A stretch of 40,475 nt of DNA from a virus (taxonomy: Duplodnaviria > Heunggongvirae > Uroviricota > Caudoviricetes), in IMG/VR virus record IMGVR_UViG_2660237933_000004; one strand, given 5' to 3'. The position numbers and the translations under genes are program-made. Below the pieces are notes generated by a model, which saw nothing but the letters and a program-made list of their open reading frames with translations, was not told where the DNA came from and ran no database searches. Shown piece by piece: positions 39,032 to 40,475 of this stretch. Each line of letters starts with the position of its first letter. The first letter of the stretch is position 1.

Positions 39032-39107
39032 TGGTGCCGATAATAGGAGTCGAACCTACGACCTTCGCATTACGAATGCGCTGCTCTACCAACTGAGCTA
39101 TATCGGC
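39032..39107 (-). tRNA. thrW: tRNA-Thr (anticodon CGU), thrW-type
   Basis: Minus-strand 76 nt GCCGATATAGCTCAGTTGGTAGAGCAGCGCATTCGTAATGCGAAGGTCGTAGGTTCGACTCCTATTATCGGCACCA; cloverleaf with CGT anticodon; 3' CCA. Confidence 0.9.
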
Positions 39108-39221
39108 CCTGAAAGGACATGTTCACGAACGTGAATCACGGTGGACAAGGTTAAAACTAACCGGGCGATGCGTCAATGGCCTTGTGAATCAAATGGCTAC
39201 TTTTGCATCACCCGGTTTTAT

Positions 39222-40475
39222 TTACGCACGAATGGTGTAATCACCAATGCCGATCCACTTGTAAGTGGTCAGTGCTTCCAGCCCCATTGGGCCACGCGCG
39301 TGGAGTTTTTGTGTGCTTACCGCCACTTCCGCACCCAGTCCAAACTGGCCGCCGTCGGTAAAACGCGTAGAGGCGTTAACGTAAACAGCGGACGAATCCA
39401 CTTCGTTAACAAAACGCTGGGCGTTGCGCATATCGCGGGTCAGGATCGCATCGGAGTGTTGTGTGCCGTGTTCACGAATATGGGCGATGGCATCGTCAAG
39501 ATCGCTGACGATTTTGACGTTCAAATCTAATGACAGAAACTCATCGTCATACTCTTCGGCTTTAACCGCCACCACCTTCGCGGGGCCTGCCTGCAACTGT
39601 GTCAGCGCAGCTGCATCTGCGTGTAATGTCACGCCGCTTTCCGCCATTTGTTTGCTTAATACGGGCAGGAAGCTATCGGCGATGTTTTTATTCACCAGCA
39701 ACGTTTCTACCGTATTACATGTGCTCGGACGCTGGGTTTTCGCGTTGACGATCACTTTTAATGCTTCAGCAATCTCTGCACTTTCATCAACGTAAATATG
39801 GCATACGCCTATACCACCAGTGATCACCGGGATCGTCGACTGTTCGCGGCACAGTTTATGCAAACCAGCCCCACCGCGCGGGATCAGCATGTCGATGTAT
39901 TTATCCATACGCAGCATTTCACTGACCAGCGCACGGTCAGGATTATCAATCGCCTGCACGGCACCCGCCGGTAAGCCACAGGATTTCAGGGCGTCCTGAA
40001 TCACCGCCACCGTTGCAGCGTTAGTGCGACAGGTTTCTTTGCCACCACGCAGGATCACCGCATTACCGGTTTTCAGGCACAGCGAAGCGACATCAACCGT
40101 CACGTTCGGGCGCGCTTCATAAATCACGCCAATCACCCCCAGCGGCACGCGACGACGCTCAAGACGCAGGCCGCTGTCCAGCACGCCGCCATCAATCACC
40201 TGCCCCACCGGATCGGCGAGGTTACACACCTGGCGCACATCATCGGCAATGCCTTTCAACCGTGCGGGCGTCAGTGCCAGACGGTCAAGCATCGCTTCGC
40301 TAAGGCCATTGGCACGCGCGTCAGCAACATCCTGGGCGTTAGCGTTGAGGATGATTTCGCTTTGTGCTTCCAGTTCATCGGCGATTTTTTCCAGCACGCG
40401 ATTTTTTTCGCGGCTGGAGAGTTGCGCTAATTTATACGAGGCTTGCTTCGCGGCAATGCCCATTTGTTCCAGCAT
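39222..40475 (-). CDS. proA: Gamma-glutamyl phosphate reductase ProA
   Basis: 417 aa, full-length match to E. coli ProA; start codon at the last base of the window. Confidence 0.95.
   Translation of the reverse strand: MLEQMGIAAKQASYKLAQLSSREKNRVLEKIADELEAQSEIILNANAQDVADARANGLSEAMLDRLALTPARLKGIADDVRQVCNLADPVGQVIDGGVLDSGLRLERRRVPLGVIGVIYEARPNVTVDVASLCLKTGNAVILRGGKETCRTNAATVAVIQDALKSCGLPAGAVQAIDNPDRALVSEMLRMDKYIDMLIPRGGAGLHKLCREQSTIPVITGGIGVCHIYVDESAEIAEALKVIVNAKTQRPSTCNTVETLLVNKNIADSFLPVLSKQMAESGVTLHADAAALTQLQAGPAKVVAVKAEEYDDEFLSLDLNVKIVSDLDDAIAHIREHGTQHSDAILTRDMRNAQRFVNEVDSSAVYVNASTRFTDGGQFGLGAEVAVSTQKLHARGPMGLEALTTYKWIGIGDYTIRA

Noticed and set aside
39141-39530. 129-aa plus-strand ORF
   Set aside because: Antisense to the 3' end of proA, which is a full-length match to a housekeeping gene.

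Overview
The window is almost entirely one lambdoid mosaic prophage (about 1-39031; its left end lies beyond the window start), integrated at tRNA-Thr (thrW-type) immediately downstream of proA. Left to right: an invertible tail-fibre segment with two hix/gix-like crossover sites, a Mu-like contractile-tail module and an HK97-like head and packaging module (all minus strand); a lambda-type lysis cassette (holin, R, Rz/Rz1) with bor; a Q-like antiterminator; a DLP12-like nin region (rusA, ybcO, ninE, ybcN, ybcK serine recombinase, emrE, ren); lambda O/P replication genes with ori iterons; an immunity region (YdaT-like, Cro-like, cI, rexA/rexB-like); then a rightward pL operon (gam, bet, exo, Dam-like methyltransferase, TraR-like protein, xis, P22-type int) ending at the tRNA. 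Accessory cargo worth a second look: a DUF3800-like gene on the opposite strand between Q and the holin, an AT-rich membrane-anchored moron with its own promoter and terminator after the tape-measure gene, the divergent RexAB pair, an AT-rich ybcK/emrE island, and an odd segment with tandem T7-like and SP6-like promoter sequences. No CRISPR array, rRNA or IS element was seen. All protein assignments are from reading the supplied translations against remembered family sequences and motifs; no database search was run.
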